From Hypanus sabinus (lineage: Eukaryota), in assembly GCF_030144855.1 (NCBI RefSeq), contig NC_082736.1, positions 6,386,001 through 6,450,000 of the forward strand: a DNA stretch of 64,000 nt, written 5' to 3'. The position numbers and the translations under genes were made by a program. The notes below the pieces were generated by a model, which saw only the letters and a list, made by a program, of their open reading frames with translations, was not told the DNA's origin and did no database searches. Shown here piece by piece: positions 37,997-50,689 of this stretch (positions within the stretch are counted from its first letter, which is position 1; each line of letters starts with the position of its first letter).

Positions 37997-40900
37997 GTCT
38001 GTCAGCGCCTCACCGCACCGGCTCTCTGCCTCAGGTACAATATTTAAACCATATTTGCACAGTTACATGGATAGGAAAGGTTGAGAGGGACACGGGCCTA
38101 ATGCAGGCGGATGGGACGAGTTCAGGTCGACAACTTGGTCGGCCTCGATGAGTTTTACCGAAGGGACGGTTTCAGTTCTGTATGAATCACTGTCTCTATT
38201 CTGGGCGGTTCAACCAGGGCAGGATGTACACAGTGAATGTCAGGTTCCTGAGAAGCTTTAATGAACAGAGACTTTGCGGGTTTCTGCCCCCACACCTCCT
38301 CCGACTCTGACTCTCTAACTTTTGTATGCCTCACGTAATTTTATCCACCTTCATCAACTCACCCTTCAGATTCCCTTTCAACCTCCACCCTGTCACGTCT
38401 TAGTTTCTGTCTATTTTCTCTAAATTCACTGCACAGGACACAACCCTCGTATCCCTACATTGCTACTACCAACATGCACCGTCCACCACTATGTCCGGCT
38501 GCTCAACCTTCCCTTTGAAATGTCCTGCAGCTGCTCCGAGACCATCGGACCATAAGACACAGCAGCAGAATTAGGCCATTTGGCCCATCCAGTCTGCTGC
38601 CCCATTCTGCCAGGTGTAAGAGATCATGACCGATCTCTTAACCCTCTGAAACACTCTTATCCCATCCCCCCCCCCCCCCCCCACAATCGAGAACCTCCAC
38701 ATTCAATGTACCCAATGAATCGGTCACATCCGTCTGAGGGGATGAATTCAGAGTCAGGACCAGAATCAGGTTTATTACCACCGGCAGGTGTCAGGAAATT
38801 TGTTAATTTAGCAGCAGCAGTTCAATGCAGGACATGCTAATATATAAAGATGGTTGCTGCTGGAATAGATTGTGCTTGGGGTGACTTGGGTCCACAATGA
38901 TCCTTCAGGCCCTTTTCTCACACCTGTCTTTGAAACTGTCCTGAATGATGGGAAGCTCACAACTACAGATGCGCTGGGCTGTCCGCAACACACTCTGCAG
39001 AGTCCTGCGATTGAGGGAAGTACAGTTCCCATACTAGGCAGTGATGCAGCCAGTCGGGATGCTCCCAGTTGTGCCCCTGTAGAAAGTACTTAGGATTTGG
39101 GGGCCCAGAGCAAACTTCCTCAGTTGTCTGCGGTGAATGAGGCGCTGTTTTGCCTTTTCCACCACTCAGCAGGTACGTATAGACCACGTGAGATCCTCGG
39201 GTATGTTGATGTCGAGGAATTTAAAGCTGTTTACCTTCTCAACCCCAGATCCATTGATGTCCATAGGGGTTAGCCCATCTCCATGAACAATCTGTGTGGA
39301 TTATCACTAATCCGCACAGATTGTGGTCTCCCAGTTAGGAAGTCGAGGATCCATTTGCAGAGGGACCAGGTTCCATTGCTTATTGATCAGGACTGTGGAA
39401 ATGACGGTGTTAAATGCTGATCTCTTGTCACTGAACAACATCCTGACATAGGCAGCACAGATTCACTAGCTTTTTCCAAGGAATTTGCTTCTTACCTTTG
39501 TTCTAACCACTGACCACTGACTCGACTGGCAAGTTTATCTTTAGGAAATCCTTCACATCTGAGATGAACCTGACCCCAGTAGCCAGAAGACAACAGACCA
39601 TCGTGTCATCTCTGTTGCTGCCACAGAATCTCCTGCACATCCCCTGTACTGTGAGTCTGCTGTCATCACTGCTCTGCTTGACCATTCCTCCCGCGGAGCA
39701 TCGGTCTGGGGTCTCAGTACCACTGACCTGGCGGGCTGCTGTCTCTGCTTCATCATCCCAGGGGTATCCAAAGGAGTCTACTTGTTGCTGAGGGTCACGG
39801 CCACAGGCAGACATTACTCTGTCTATCTCTTCCCCTTTCCGTCGTGATGGTCACACAACAGTCTGCATCCTGACCTTAGGTGTGACCAACTCATGAATCT
39901 CTGGTCTCAGCATCCTGGAAACTCTCGGTCTGTCCATCTCCATCTTCATTTCCTTCACACGGTCAGTCAGGAGCTGCACCTCGGTGCTCTTCCCTCATGT
40001 GAAGTTATCGGGGACACTGAGTGACTCCCACATCCTGAGGTGGAGCATGTCACTGCCGTAACTGTAATTCCAGCCACTCTGATGGGGAGAGGAATTCCGA
40101 AGAAATCCTCTGACATTTGACTTCCCAGAGTACACTGACTTATCTCCCATTTCTCTGCCCACCTTTCCAGCCTGTCTATGTTCTGCTGAATCCTTTGGCA
40201 ACTTTCCTCACGATCCATAACTGCACCAATTTCTGTGTCTCTGCAGACCAACAAATCAGCCCTCCTTCATTTTCATCCAAATCATTTCACAAAGAGTAGA
40301 ATTCCTTGTGGGCCCCACTGTTCACAGGTGTCCAGTCAGAATCACACCCCTCAACCATTACCTTCTGTGTTCTCTGATTGAGTACATTTTGAATATATTC
40401 TACCAAATTTCTTTTGAGTCATGTGCTTCCAAGCAGTGGATCTTGTTGTGGGACTCTTGTTGAAAGCTTTACCAAAGTCCTTGTATCCTGTACCCACTAC
40501 CCAGCTCTCATCAAGTGAATTTGTCACTTAAAACGTTCGGCCATGTTTGCAAGAGTTGACGTTGCCCATGCAAAGCTATATTGGCTACTCTGAAATTGTT
40601 TATGCTTTTTCAGATGCAAGCTGATCCTATCATTAAATATCTTTTCTAGTAATATCAGCAATTTATGATATCCCTACCACTAATGTAAGAGTCACCGGGG
40701 TATAGTTTTTCGTCTTGTCCCTATTGCAATTCTTAAAAAGGTGAAGAATATTTGTCGTTTTCCGCTCTTCTGCATCCTGGCCTGTAATTAAAAGAGAATC
40801 ACTTTTGAGTTGGTTATTTTTTTGTCCTTATTTTATCCCTCAAGCATCAAGTTTTTGAATCATTGTTCAAAGTAAATTTATTATTAAAGTACGTATACAT

Positions 40901-41169
40901 TATAGAACTTTGAGGTTTGTTTCAAACAGGCTGTCGTGAAACAAAGAAAGCCAAAAGAACCCACTAATAAAATAAGACCATCAAACACCCTATGTGCAGA
41001 AAGAAAGACAAATCCTGCAAACAATAAACACAAGCAAATTCTGTAGCATTTTGAACTGAAATGCTCAAAGAGAGTTTGTGCACAGATGCTTAGATCAGTG
41101 CAGAGTGGAGTAGCGAGCTGAACCGGCTTGTCCCTGGCCTCGGGCAGAACAACCTGACCTTTTCAATCT

Positions 41170-41864
41170 TTTCTTTCCTTTTTCAATCTTTTTATTAATT
41201 TTTATTAAAAAAAACATAACATAGTATTATATTAAATAGGTCATGAATGCATTAGACTTAGAGTTAAATTAGTAACAAGATAACAATATCATTAAACTAT
41301 CAGCAAAAAAAGATCGTACAATAATCAAATCTATATTGATTATACATGAAAAAGATTAGAAATAATCATCAAAAGAAAAAAAAATAGAATACAAGAAAAA
41401 AATGTATATTTATGAAATAAAAAAAATATATAAAAATATATAAACCTAAACTAACATGGGCAATAATAATAATTTATATGTATATGATGGTGTCAAAAAC
41501 TCCGGAACTCCATACCAGAACAAGAATAAAAAGAGTAAAGGTCTTGAAGAAGCCAAATTAATTCATATGAAAGTGTCGAATGAACGGTCCCTAAGTTTCT
41601 TCAAATTTAATTGATGAATCAAAAACAGTACTTCTAATTTTTTCTAAACTTAAACAAGAACTAGTTTGAGAGAACCACTGAGATATGGTAGGAGGATTTA
41701 CTTCTTTCCAATTTTGTAATATAGATCTCCTGGCCATTAATGTTACAAAGGCAATCATTTGTCTAATTGAAGGGGAGAGTCGACTATCATCTTCATTTGG
41801 TATACCAAAAATTGCAGTGATAAAATGAGGTTGTAAATCAATATTCCAAATTGAGGAAATGGTA
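41170..41864 (-). mobile_element. L1-clade LINE, 5'-truncated, 14-bp TSD
   Basis: TSD gaccttttcaatct 41156-41169 and 41865-41878; ORF2 C-terminus AIFGIP...IAFVTLMARRSILQNWK..NPPT.SQW...LSLEKIR; empty site present in arm A (about 15853-15866). Confidence 0.92.
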
Positions 41865-42203
41865 GACCTTTTCAATCTGGCCCCACGTCTAACTCGTTTT
41901 CCAAACATTGGGTTCAGTCGCTTTGATACAATCTGGGGCCTGGTCCCCGCCACCTCGATTTGGTCTGTAACTGACTTTTCCATTTCAGCCCAGAGTTTAA
42001 TCAACCGTACTTAGGGTTTTCCTCACTTTCTGTGACGTCGGTTCTGCCACATCAAATTGCCTCCAAGTCGAAAGGGACGTTACAGGCTATTCATTGACCA
42101 GAAAAAGAGATTCACTGATGTCACCATAAACCAGAACCAGTGGAGATAACTGCATTTAATTTCACTTAACTCACCGCAGAACTATTTTCCACAATCTATC
42201 AAT

Positions 42204-42874
42204 AAGCACAAAATGCTGGTGGAACACAGCAGGCCAGGCAGCGTCTACAAGGAGAAGCACTGTTGACGTTTTGGGCTGAGACCCTTCGTCAGGACTAACT
42301 GAAAGGAAAATAGTAAGAGATACTCAACTCTCTACTGTCAAGATGAAGCCACACTCAGGTTGGAGGAACAACACCTTATATATCGGCTGGGTAGCCTCCA
42401 ACCTGATGGCATGAACATTGACTTCTCCAACTTCCGTTAATGCCCCTCCTCCACTTCTTACCCCATCCCTGATATATTTAGTTGTTTTGCCCCCTCCTTT
42501 TGTTTTCTCTCTTTCTGCCCATCACTCTGCCTGTTCTCCATCTCCCTCTGGTGCTCCCCTCCCCCTTTGTTTCTCCCTAGGCCTCCCGTCCAATGATCCT
42601 TTCCCTTCTCCAGCTCTGTACCCCTTTTGCCAATCTCCTTTACGGGCCTCAGCTTCAACCCACCCCCTCGGTCTTCCCCTATCATTTTGCATTTTCCCCT
42701 CCCCCTGCTACTTTCAAATCTCTTGCTATCTTTCCTTTCAGTTAGTCCTGACGAAGGGTCTCGGCCTGAAACTTCGATAGTGCTTCTCCTTATAGATGCT
42801 GCCTGGTCTGCTGTGTTCCACCAACATTTTGTGTGTGTTGCTTGAATTTCCAGCATCTGCAGATTTCCTTGTGC
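42204..42874 (+). mobile_element. PLE insertion with inverted 5' terminal repeat and 15-bp TSD
   Basis: ccacaatcta(t/c)caat at 42189-42203 and 42875-42889; inverted module 42204-42321, then GIY-YIG tail and direct module. Confidence 0.88.
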
Positions 42875-43024
42875 CCACAATCTACCAATTCACTTTCAAG
42901 GATTCTGCATCTCATGTTCTCTATTTAATTATGACATTATTATTTTCTCTCTTGTATTTACACAAGTTATTGTCGTTTGCACATTGGCGATTTGGCCACC
43001 CTGTTGGGTGTGGTCTTTCTTGGA

Positions 43025-46000
43025 TTTACTGAGTAAGACCGTACGACATAGCAGCAGAATTAGGCTATTTGGCCTGTCGAGTCTACTCTCCCATTCAATC
43101 ATGGCTGACCCTTTTTGCCCTTTGCATCCCCACTCCCTGGTCTTCTCCTTGCAAACTTGGATGCTGTGTCCAATCATGAGCCTATCAAGCTCTGCCTTAA
43201 ATACACCCAAGGACATGGCTTCCACAGCAGCCTGTGGCTATAAATTGCATTAATTCACCATCCTCTGGCTAAGGAATTTCTCTGCATTTCTGTTTTAAAT
43301 CCTGAGATTGTGCCCCCAGGTCTTTCAACATTCGAAAAGAGATTTCCCCCCCCCCATCCTAAATTACAGTGAGTACAGACCCAGAGCTATCAAATATTCC
43401 TCGTATGAAAACCGTTTCATTCCCAGAATCACCCTTGTGAACCTGTACTGAACCCATTCCAATGCCCGCACATCTTTTCTTCGATGAGGAAGCCAAAGCT
43501 CATCACAATACTCAAGGTGAGGCCTCACCAATGCCTTATAAAGTCTCAGCATCACATCCCTGCTCTTGTATTCTAACCGCTTGATGTGAATGCTAACATT
43601 GCTTTTGCCTTCCTCACCTCCGACTCTACCTGCAAGTTATCTTTGGGTTGGTCTGCACAAAGACTCCCAAGTCCCTTTGCATCTCAGATTTTTGGATTTT
43701 CTCCCTATTTGGAAACTAGTCTGTACATTTATTTCTACCACCAAAGTGCACGAGCATGCATTTTCTAACATTGTATTTCCTTTGCCATTGTCTTGCCAAT
43801 TCTCCTAATCTGTCAAAGTACTTCTGCAGCCTACCTGTTTCCTGAACAGTACCTGCCCTTCTTGTCAACTTGCAACAAATCCATCTATTCCATCATTTAA
43901 ATCATTGATATACAGTAAGTGGTCCCAACACCGACCCCTGTGGAGCACCACTACCCACTGACAGCAACCAGAAAGGATCCTTTTATTTCCACTTGCTGAC
44001 ATGCTGCTTTCTACCAATCAGCCAATGTTCTAACCACGCCAGTAACTTTCCTGTAATACCATGGGCTATTAACTTGGTAAGCAGCCTCGTGTGTGGCACT
44101 TTGTCAAAGGACTTTTGAAAGTCCAAATATATGACATCCGTTGCATCCCCTTTATTTATCCTGCGTGTAATCTCTTCAAAGAATTCCAACAGGTTCATCA
44201 TTCAAGATTTCCCCTGAAGGAAACCATGCTGACTTTGTCCTTTCTTGTCCTGTGTTTCCAATGCTCCATATCCTCATCTTTAACAATTAACTCCAGCATC
44301 TTCCCAACCACTGAAGTCAGACTAACTGGACTATAATTTCCTTTCTGCCACCTTCCTCCTTTCTTAAAGAGTGGAGTGACATTTGCAATTTTCCAGTCCC
44401 CTAGCACCATGCCAGAGTCCAATGCATTTTGAAAGATCATGACTAATTGCACCACAATCTCTACCGCTACCTCTGTCAGAATCCTAGGGTCCAGTTCATC
44501 TGCTCCAGGTGACTGATATACCCTCAGGTCTTTCAGCTTTTTGAACACCTTTCCCTTATAATAATAACTGCACTCCCTTCTCTCCCCTCACTCCCTTCAA
44601 CATCTGGCACATGGCTAGTAACTTCCACTGATGACAAATACTCATTTAGTTCATCTGCCATCTCCGCCTCTGCCCCCCCCCCCCCCTCACCCCATTATTG
44701 TTCCTCTGGCTTGATTTTCTAGCAATCCAGTATCCAGTCTCAGCTCTCCTTTATGTTTTGCATACTTTAAAAAGCTTCAACGAATCACTTTGATAATATT
44801 TGCTAGCTTGCTTGCAGATTTAATCTTTATCCTCTTTATCTCTGTAAGGTGTTAGACGCTTCCCAATCCTTGTATTCTGAATTTTTTTCTTTGTTGTATG
44901 CCCTTCCTTTTCGTTTTACATTAGCTTTGACTTCCTTGTCAGCCACATTTGTACTATTTTGCCATTTGAGTATTTATTTGTTTCTGCAATACATTTATCC
45001 TGCACCTCCCTCATTTTTCCCAGAAACTCACCTTTGCTGCTCAGCTGCCATCTCTGCCAGCATCTCCTTCCAATTTACTTCAGCTGACTCCTTTGTCATA
45101 ACACTGTTCCTAGCTTTACTCCACTAAAACACTGCCATGTCTCTCCCTGTCCAATTTTAAGTTGGACTCAATGATACTGTGATCACTGCCTCCTAAGTGT
45201 TATATATAACATGTAACATTTACAGCATGGAAACAGGCCATCTCAGCCCTTCTAGTCCGTGCCGAACGCTTACTCTCACCTAGTCCCACCGACCTGCATA
45301 CAGCCCTCAACCCTCTATTCCTTACCTGTTCATATACCAATCCAATTTTTTTTAAATGACAATATAGAACCTGCCTCTACCACTTCTACTGGAATCGCAT
45401 TCCACACAGCTACCACTCTCTGAGTAAAGAAGTTCCCCCTTGTGTTACCCCTAAACTTTTGCCTCTTAACTCTCAACTCATGTCCTTTTGTTTGAATCTC
45501 CCCTACTCTCAATGGAAAAAGCCTATCCACACCAACTCTATCTATCGCGTCATAATTATAAATGTCTCTATCAAGTTCCCTATCAACCTTCTATGCTCTA
45601 AAGATTAAAGACTTAACTTTCTCTGTAACTTAGGTGCTCAAACCCAGGTAACATTCTACTAAATTTCCTCTGAACTCTCTCTATTTTGTTGACATCTCTC
45701 CTATAATTCGGTGAGCAGAACTGTACACGATGCTCCAAATTTGGCCTTACCAATGCCTTGTAGAATTTTAACATTACATCCCAACTCCTATACTCTGTGG
45801 TCCGATTTATAAAGGCCAGCATACCAAAAGCTTTCTTCACCACTCTATCCACATGATAATCCACCTTTGGGGAACGATGCACCATTATTCTTAGACCACT
45901 CCATTCTACTGTATTCCTCAATGCCGTACCATGTACCAGCTATGTCCTATTTTGATTAGTCCTACCAAAATGTAGCACCTCACACTTATGAGCGTTAAAC

Positions 46001-46145
46001 TCCATCTGCCACCTTTCAGCCCACTCTTCTAACTGGCCTAAATCTTTCTGCAAGCTTTGAAATCCTACTTCATTATCCACAACACCACCTATCTCAGTAT
46101 CACCTGCATACTTACTAATCCAATTTACCACCCCATCATCCAGAT
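43025..46145 (-). mobile_element. Two CR1 LINE fragments (43025-45185 and 45200-46145)
   Basis: WKIANVTPLFKKGGR..GNYSPVSLTSVVGKMLE, YLDFQKSFDKVPH, SKYAGDTEIGG, RGNFFTQRVV. Confidence 0.9.
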
Positions 46146-47216
46146 TAGTGGTCGCTAACCCGTCGATCGCGATCGACTGGTCGATTTTTTGAGACTTTCC
46201 CAGTAGATCCCAAAAAACAAAGAAAAATAAATACACAAATACTGTTGAGAGTTTGTTTCCGGGTTGCGGGGTTTTAGTTCCATTCTTTCTGCTCAGTGCG
46301 CATGCACATAGCTCCCCCGCATGACACAGTGTACTTCAGTGGTCCCCAACCACCGGGCCGTGAGGAAACAATATGAGTCAGCTGCACCTTCCCTCAGTCG
46401 CTGTCACACTGACTTTTGAACTTGAACTCACGTGAGGTCATCAGTCGCCTAAATGCAGTGACACCCTCGCGCCAGTGTTCGCCTCGCGCGGCTGGTGGGA
46501 AGCGCTGATGCTACTGGCTCAGAGCATAGCCAGCGAGAATCGCCGATGCTATTGGCCTGGAGCGCGGACAGATGGGAACCGCCTCTAAACCTGTTTAGCA
46601 CACCGAATGTTTGTGGGGAACCCGGTGCTAAAATATTAGCAGACAACCTAATTTGGGCTCAAGGTTTCGTATGTATCAGAAGAGCTACCTCGCTGCGATC
46701 TACTGAAACAAATTTTTGTCGGCCAATAGATCCTACAAGGGGGGCGAGCGCGGGCCTGTCGCTCTCCTCACTCGGTCGGTCGCTCTGTTCTAACTGTGAC
46801 CGCCGCGTCCCCGGCACGAGGACCTCTGGCCCTGAACTTGTCCTCTCACCCTACCCGCGACCAGATGTACCTGGCCAGGGCGTCTGGCGGCGGGAGGGCA
46901 GAGGCTGGAGTTTGGGCCCGGAGGCTGTCTAATGAGGCAATGAAGCCCTCAAAACTGCTTCGGTACCCTGAGTCCAAGCACCCTGCACTTAAACCTGAAC
47001 CCGCTGAGTTTTATCAGAGGAAAAAACGTGAGCAGCGCGGGACAGCCGCTAAGTGCTGAGAGTCGCGATAACTAAATTGCGGGATAGACTGGACATAAGG
47101 AACCTGCTTCATTCCCGTCGTCCCATCCCGTCCCCCCACCACCCCCGTCGGCCGGTCCGCAAGAATATTGTCAATATTAAACCGGTCTGCGGTGTAAAAA
47201 AGGGTGGGCACCCCTG
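46146..47216 (+). mobile_element. Composite non-autonomous hAT (Buster-derived, internally deleted)
   Basis: hAT-type ends at 46146 (TAGTGGTCGCTAACC) and 46337 (CAGTGGTCCCCAACC); transposase shards LSNEAMKPSKLLR and TKLRDRLDIRN; right end ..GGGCACCCCTG matches the element end at 62360. Confidence 0.85.
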
Positions 47217-47339
47217 GTGTTTATGGATTATTTCTACATCCGGGTTGTGGGGTATTACTTCCAGTCTTTCTGCCCCGGTGCGCCTGCGTGTATCTAATCA
47301 ATTTGGAGTTGATCTTGCCTTTCACTCAGGCCAAGGTAG

Positions 47340-48482
47340 GGGATCTTGGGCTTAAAAACGTTGATGACCACTACTTTAGGGGATTATCCTGCCTGTCAAA
47401 TGTGTTGAAATTGCTTGAAGAAATAAGCAGGATCGACAAAGAGAATCACTGGATGGGTGTGCCTTGTGCAATTGGATTTTTAGAAGGCCTTTGACAAGGT
47501 GCCACACATGAGGCTGCTTAAATTAAGAGCCTATGACACAGGAAAGTTACGAGCATGGATTACAACTTGGCTGATTGGCAGGAAGCAAAGAGTGGCATAA
47601 AGGGAGCCTTTTCTGGTTGACACAATGACTAATGGCATTTTATGTTATAGTATATTTCAATGATTTGGATGACAGAAATGATGGCTTCGGGCCATTTTCA
47701 GTTCAAAATAGGTCGGGGGAAGACAGTGCCGAGGAAGCAGAGAGGCTACAGAAGGGCTTAGACAGATTGTGAGAATAGGCAAAGATCCGGCAGGTGGATT
47801 ACCATGTTGAGAAGTTTATGGTCATGGACATTGGTATAAAAATAAAAGGATAGACAATTGCTCTAAGGGGAAAGAAAAATGAAAATCTGATGTGCAAAGG
47901 AAATTTGTAGCAGAGTAGGTTCCTTGAGGTTCATTTGTACTGTGAGCAATTCTGGGCCCCTTATCTAAGAAAGGTACTCTGACATTGGAGAGGGTTCTGA
48001 GGAAGTTCACGAGAATGATTCCCGGATTGAAGGGTTATCATATGAAGACCATTTGATTATGCTGGGCCTGACCTGACTGGAATTTATAAGGATGAGAAGG
48101 GATTGCTTTGAAACCTGTTGAATGTTGAACGGCTACGGTAGAGTGGATCTGAAGAGGATGTTTTCTATAGAGGGGGAGTCTAGGGACATAGGGCACAACC
48201 TCTGACTAGAGGGACGTCCATTTAAATGGAGATGAGGAGGAATTTATTTATCCAGAGAGTGGTTAATCTGTGGAATTCCATGCCAAAGGCAGCTGTAGAG
48301 GCCGTCATTGGGTATATTTCAGGTAGAGGTTGATACATTGTTGGTTTGTCAGGGCATGGTGGGTTAAGGGGACATCAGGATATTGGGGCTGAGAGGGAAA
48401 TGGATCAGCCATGATGAAATGGAAGTACTGTCTTAATGGGCCAGAGGGTCAAACTCTGCTCCTATATTTTATGGTCTTACAT
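47340..48482 (+). mobile_element. CR1 LINE 3' fragment, degenerate
   Basis: LDF.KAFDKVPH.RL, ERVLRKFTRMIPGL, RRNLFIQRVVNLWNS; tail ctcctatattttatggtctta. Confidence 0.85.
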
Positions 48483-48851
48483 CAGATTGGTTCCATCCCA
48501 AACAACCTCCCAGTAAACCTGCTCCACACTGTCAGGGAGGTTCATTCCTGTTCCCTGGGATTGGCAGGGGACGGGGACCAGAGCCCCAGGTCACCCATTC
48601 CAGTGATAATTTTCTTTCTACAGTGTGTCGACCAGACCTGTAGACGGTACGCCAGCAGTGTGAAACCCCACATGTTATCAGGCTGGTGCCTAAAACGTCT
48701 TTTATCTATTAACTCTTTATTTTCTGCCATTAATACCCGCAATATCTCCAAAACTCACTGTGCCTTACCAATGTAGTTAAAATTGTCAGCAATCAGTCTG
48801 TTCATATTAAACGTCTCAGCATTAGTTTTCAAATCTCTCCAGCTTTATATC

Positions 48852-49035
48852 TCACAAAATGCTGGAGGACTCAGCAGGCCAGGCAGCGTCTATGGAAAAA
48901 AAAAGTACAGTGGAAGACCCGGTCCGAGACCCTTCAGCCCGATACATGCTTTCCCATACATGCTGTCTGGCCTGCTGAGTTCCTCCAGCATTTTGTGTGT
49001 GTAGTTCAGATTTCCAGCATCTGCAGATTCCCTCG
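48852..49035. mobile_element. Foldback pair of PLE terminal modules
   Basis: cacaaaatgctggaggactcagcaggccaggcagc ... gctgtctggcctgctgagttcctccagcattttgtg. Confidence 0.8.
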
Positions 49036-49827
49036 GTTGTTGCATGTTGCACTCTGTCTGTGACTCGTTTCCTCGGCAACGGATGCGGGAGAGGGAGGGG
49101 GATCGCCCTGGTCCCGGGGGTGGCGTTGAGGCTTCCTTCCCCCCCACCCCCAGCGGGGTGGCAGGGACCGAACTGAAATGGGGTCGGTCTGTACTGGCTG
49201 CCCTTTGGAAGAATGAGAGGGGATGGAATGGGCTTCTCCATTCCCTGCCTGTTCCTGCCTGACTAAACACCTCTTCAACATTACCAGTGTATCAGCTTGA
49301 ACCTTTCCCTGGCAGCCATCAGTCTCTGAGAAAAATAGAAACTCACCTGCTCAATCTATTTGAACCAATCCCTCTCCCACTTTTAAATTGAAGCTCTGCA
49401 CTTGAGTATTTGACATTTGCTGCCTGTGTAAAAGACTCTTGTCCGCCTTATCTATTTTAAAGGTCTCTGCTAGGCCTTTGAAACAAGAGAGATAAAGGGA
49501 GTTCGAACAAACACAGTTTGTAAACAATCTGTGTTTCTACATCCTCACCTTATAACTGAAACTGTCGTTCCTGAGATGTGGCAACCAGCTCGGATCACAA
49601 GATTTTAAAATGTTTCTAATGTGTCTGCCACAATCACCGGCAGTTTGTTCAAAATACATACCACACTCTGCCCATTATGTCTGATCTGAAACACCTACCT
49701 TCTTGTTTTTACCAGCCATTCCCTGTGAAAAAAACAGTGTTTTTACCCTGTCTGTGCTCCCCATGATCTCCATACCTCTACTGGGATCACCTCTGAATCT
49801 GCTCTGCTCCAGGGAATAAAATACTAG

Positions 49828-50680
49828 TGTTACGAACTCCGTAACTGGGTATCTTACCAGCAAAGATAGGAGTATCCGTTGAAGTCTGATGATACTAGAT
49901 TTAACAGTATTTATTAGTAAAAAAACACAAAAATAATATCAATGCAAATATACAGATAATATATGTCATCAATACTAAACCTAAAAGTGTGGGTATAATA
50001 ATAATCAATAAGAAATAAGCTCTATCGTTGTCTAGGGGATAATGAATTGTCCGATGGAAATATAAAGTTCAGTTCAGTTCATGCAGGCTGTGGTGGTTTA
50101 TTGGTCACTATGTTGCAATTGTTGGAGAGAGAGAGAGAGAAACAGCTATTGACCTGCCGACCTTCCTTTTCGATCTTGATCCGTCGATGCGTTGTTGTTG
50201 TGGCCATTCACTTATGACCCCTCTGTCCTTTAGCGAGACCATTCTTCCGTCACGGACTCGTCACACAGGCAATGGTGGACACACACACAAGCCCCCACTG
50301 GTCTCGTAGTGTCTCTCCTGGTGCGTCTGAGGGGTGTTTCCCCAGACCTTACTTTTATCCCCGCTCACGGGGTCTCAGGTGTCAATCAGGTTGGGATGAT
50401 ACAACCCATCAACCAGACCACTCTGGTTGCCCCCTGAGGAGTTTCAATGAATTGAACAGTACTCAATACACAATCCTTCTCCAAGAGACAATAGCAGTAA
50501 TCAGTGGTTCCGTTCCGCTTTTGTTAGGAGACATTCCACTTTTGTGTATCTCTGCGTTGTCACTCTCTCATTTCCTTGGTATCAGACCCAAAATAGTAGC
50601 GATTTTGTGATTCTCAAAAAGAGGTGGGGGGGGCGACTTTGCACCCTTCTGCCCATGAGAGTTGCTCCTCATTCGTAACA
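49828..50680 (-). mobile_element. Solo LTR (853 bp), probably Gypsy
   Basis: TGTTACGAA...TTCGTAACA inverted termini; 4-bp TSD ctag (49824-49827, 50681-50684); minus-strand AATAAA near 49910; inserted in a CR1 relic. Confidence 0.92.
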
Positions 50681-50689
50681 CTAGTCCAT

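Larger units (their letters stand above)
37080..42003 (-). repeat. Arm B of large inverted segmental duplication (partner 15728-20374)
   Basis: See arm A; also carries the promoter cassette (37677-38303) and an L1 insertion absent from arm A. Confidence 0.92.
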
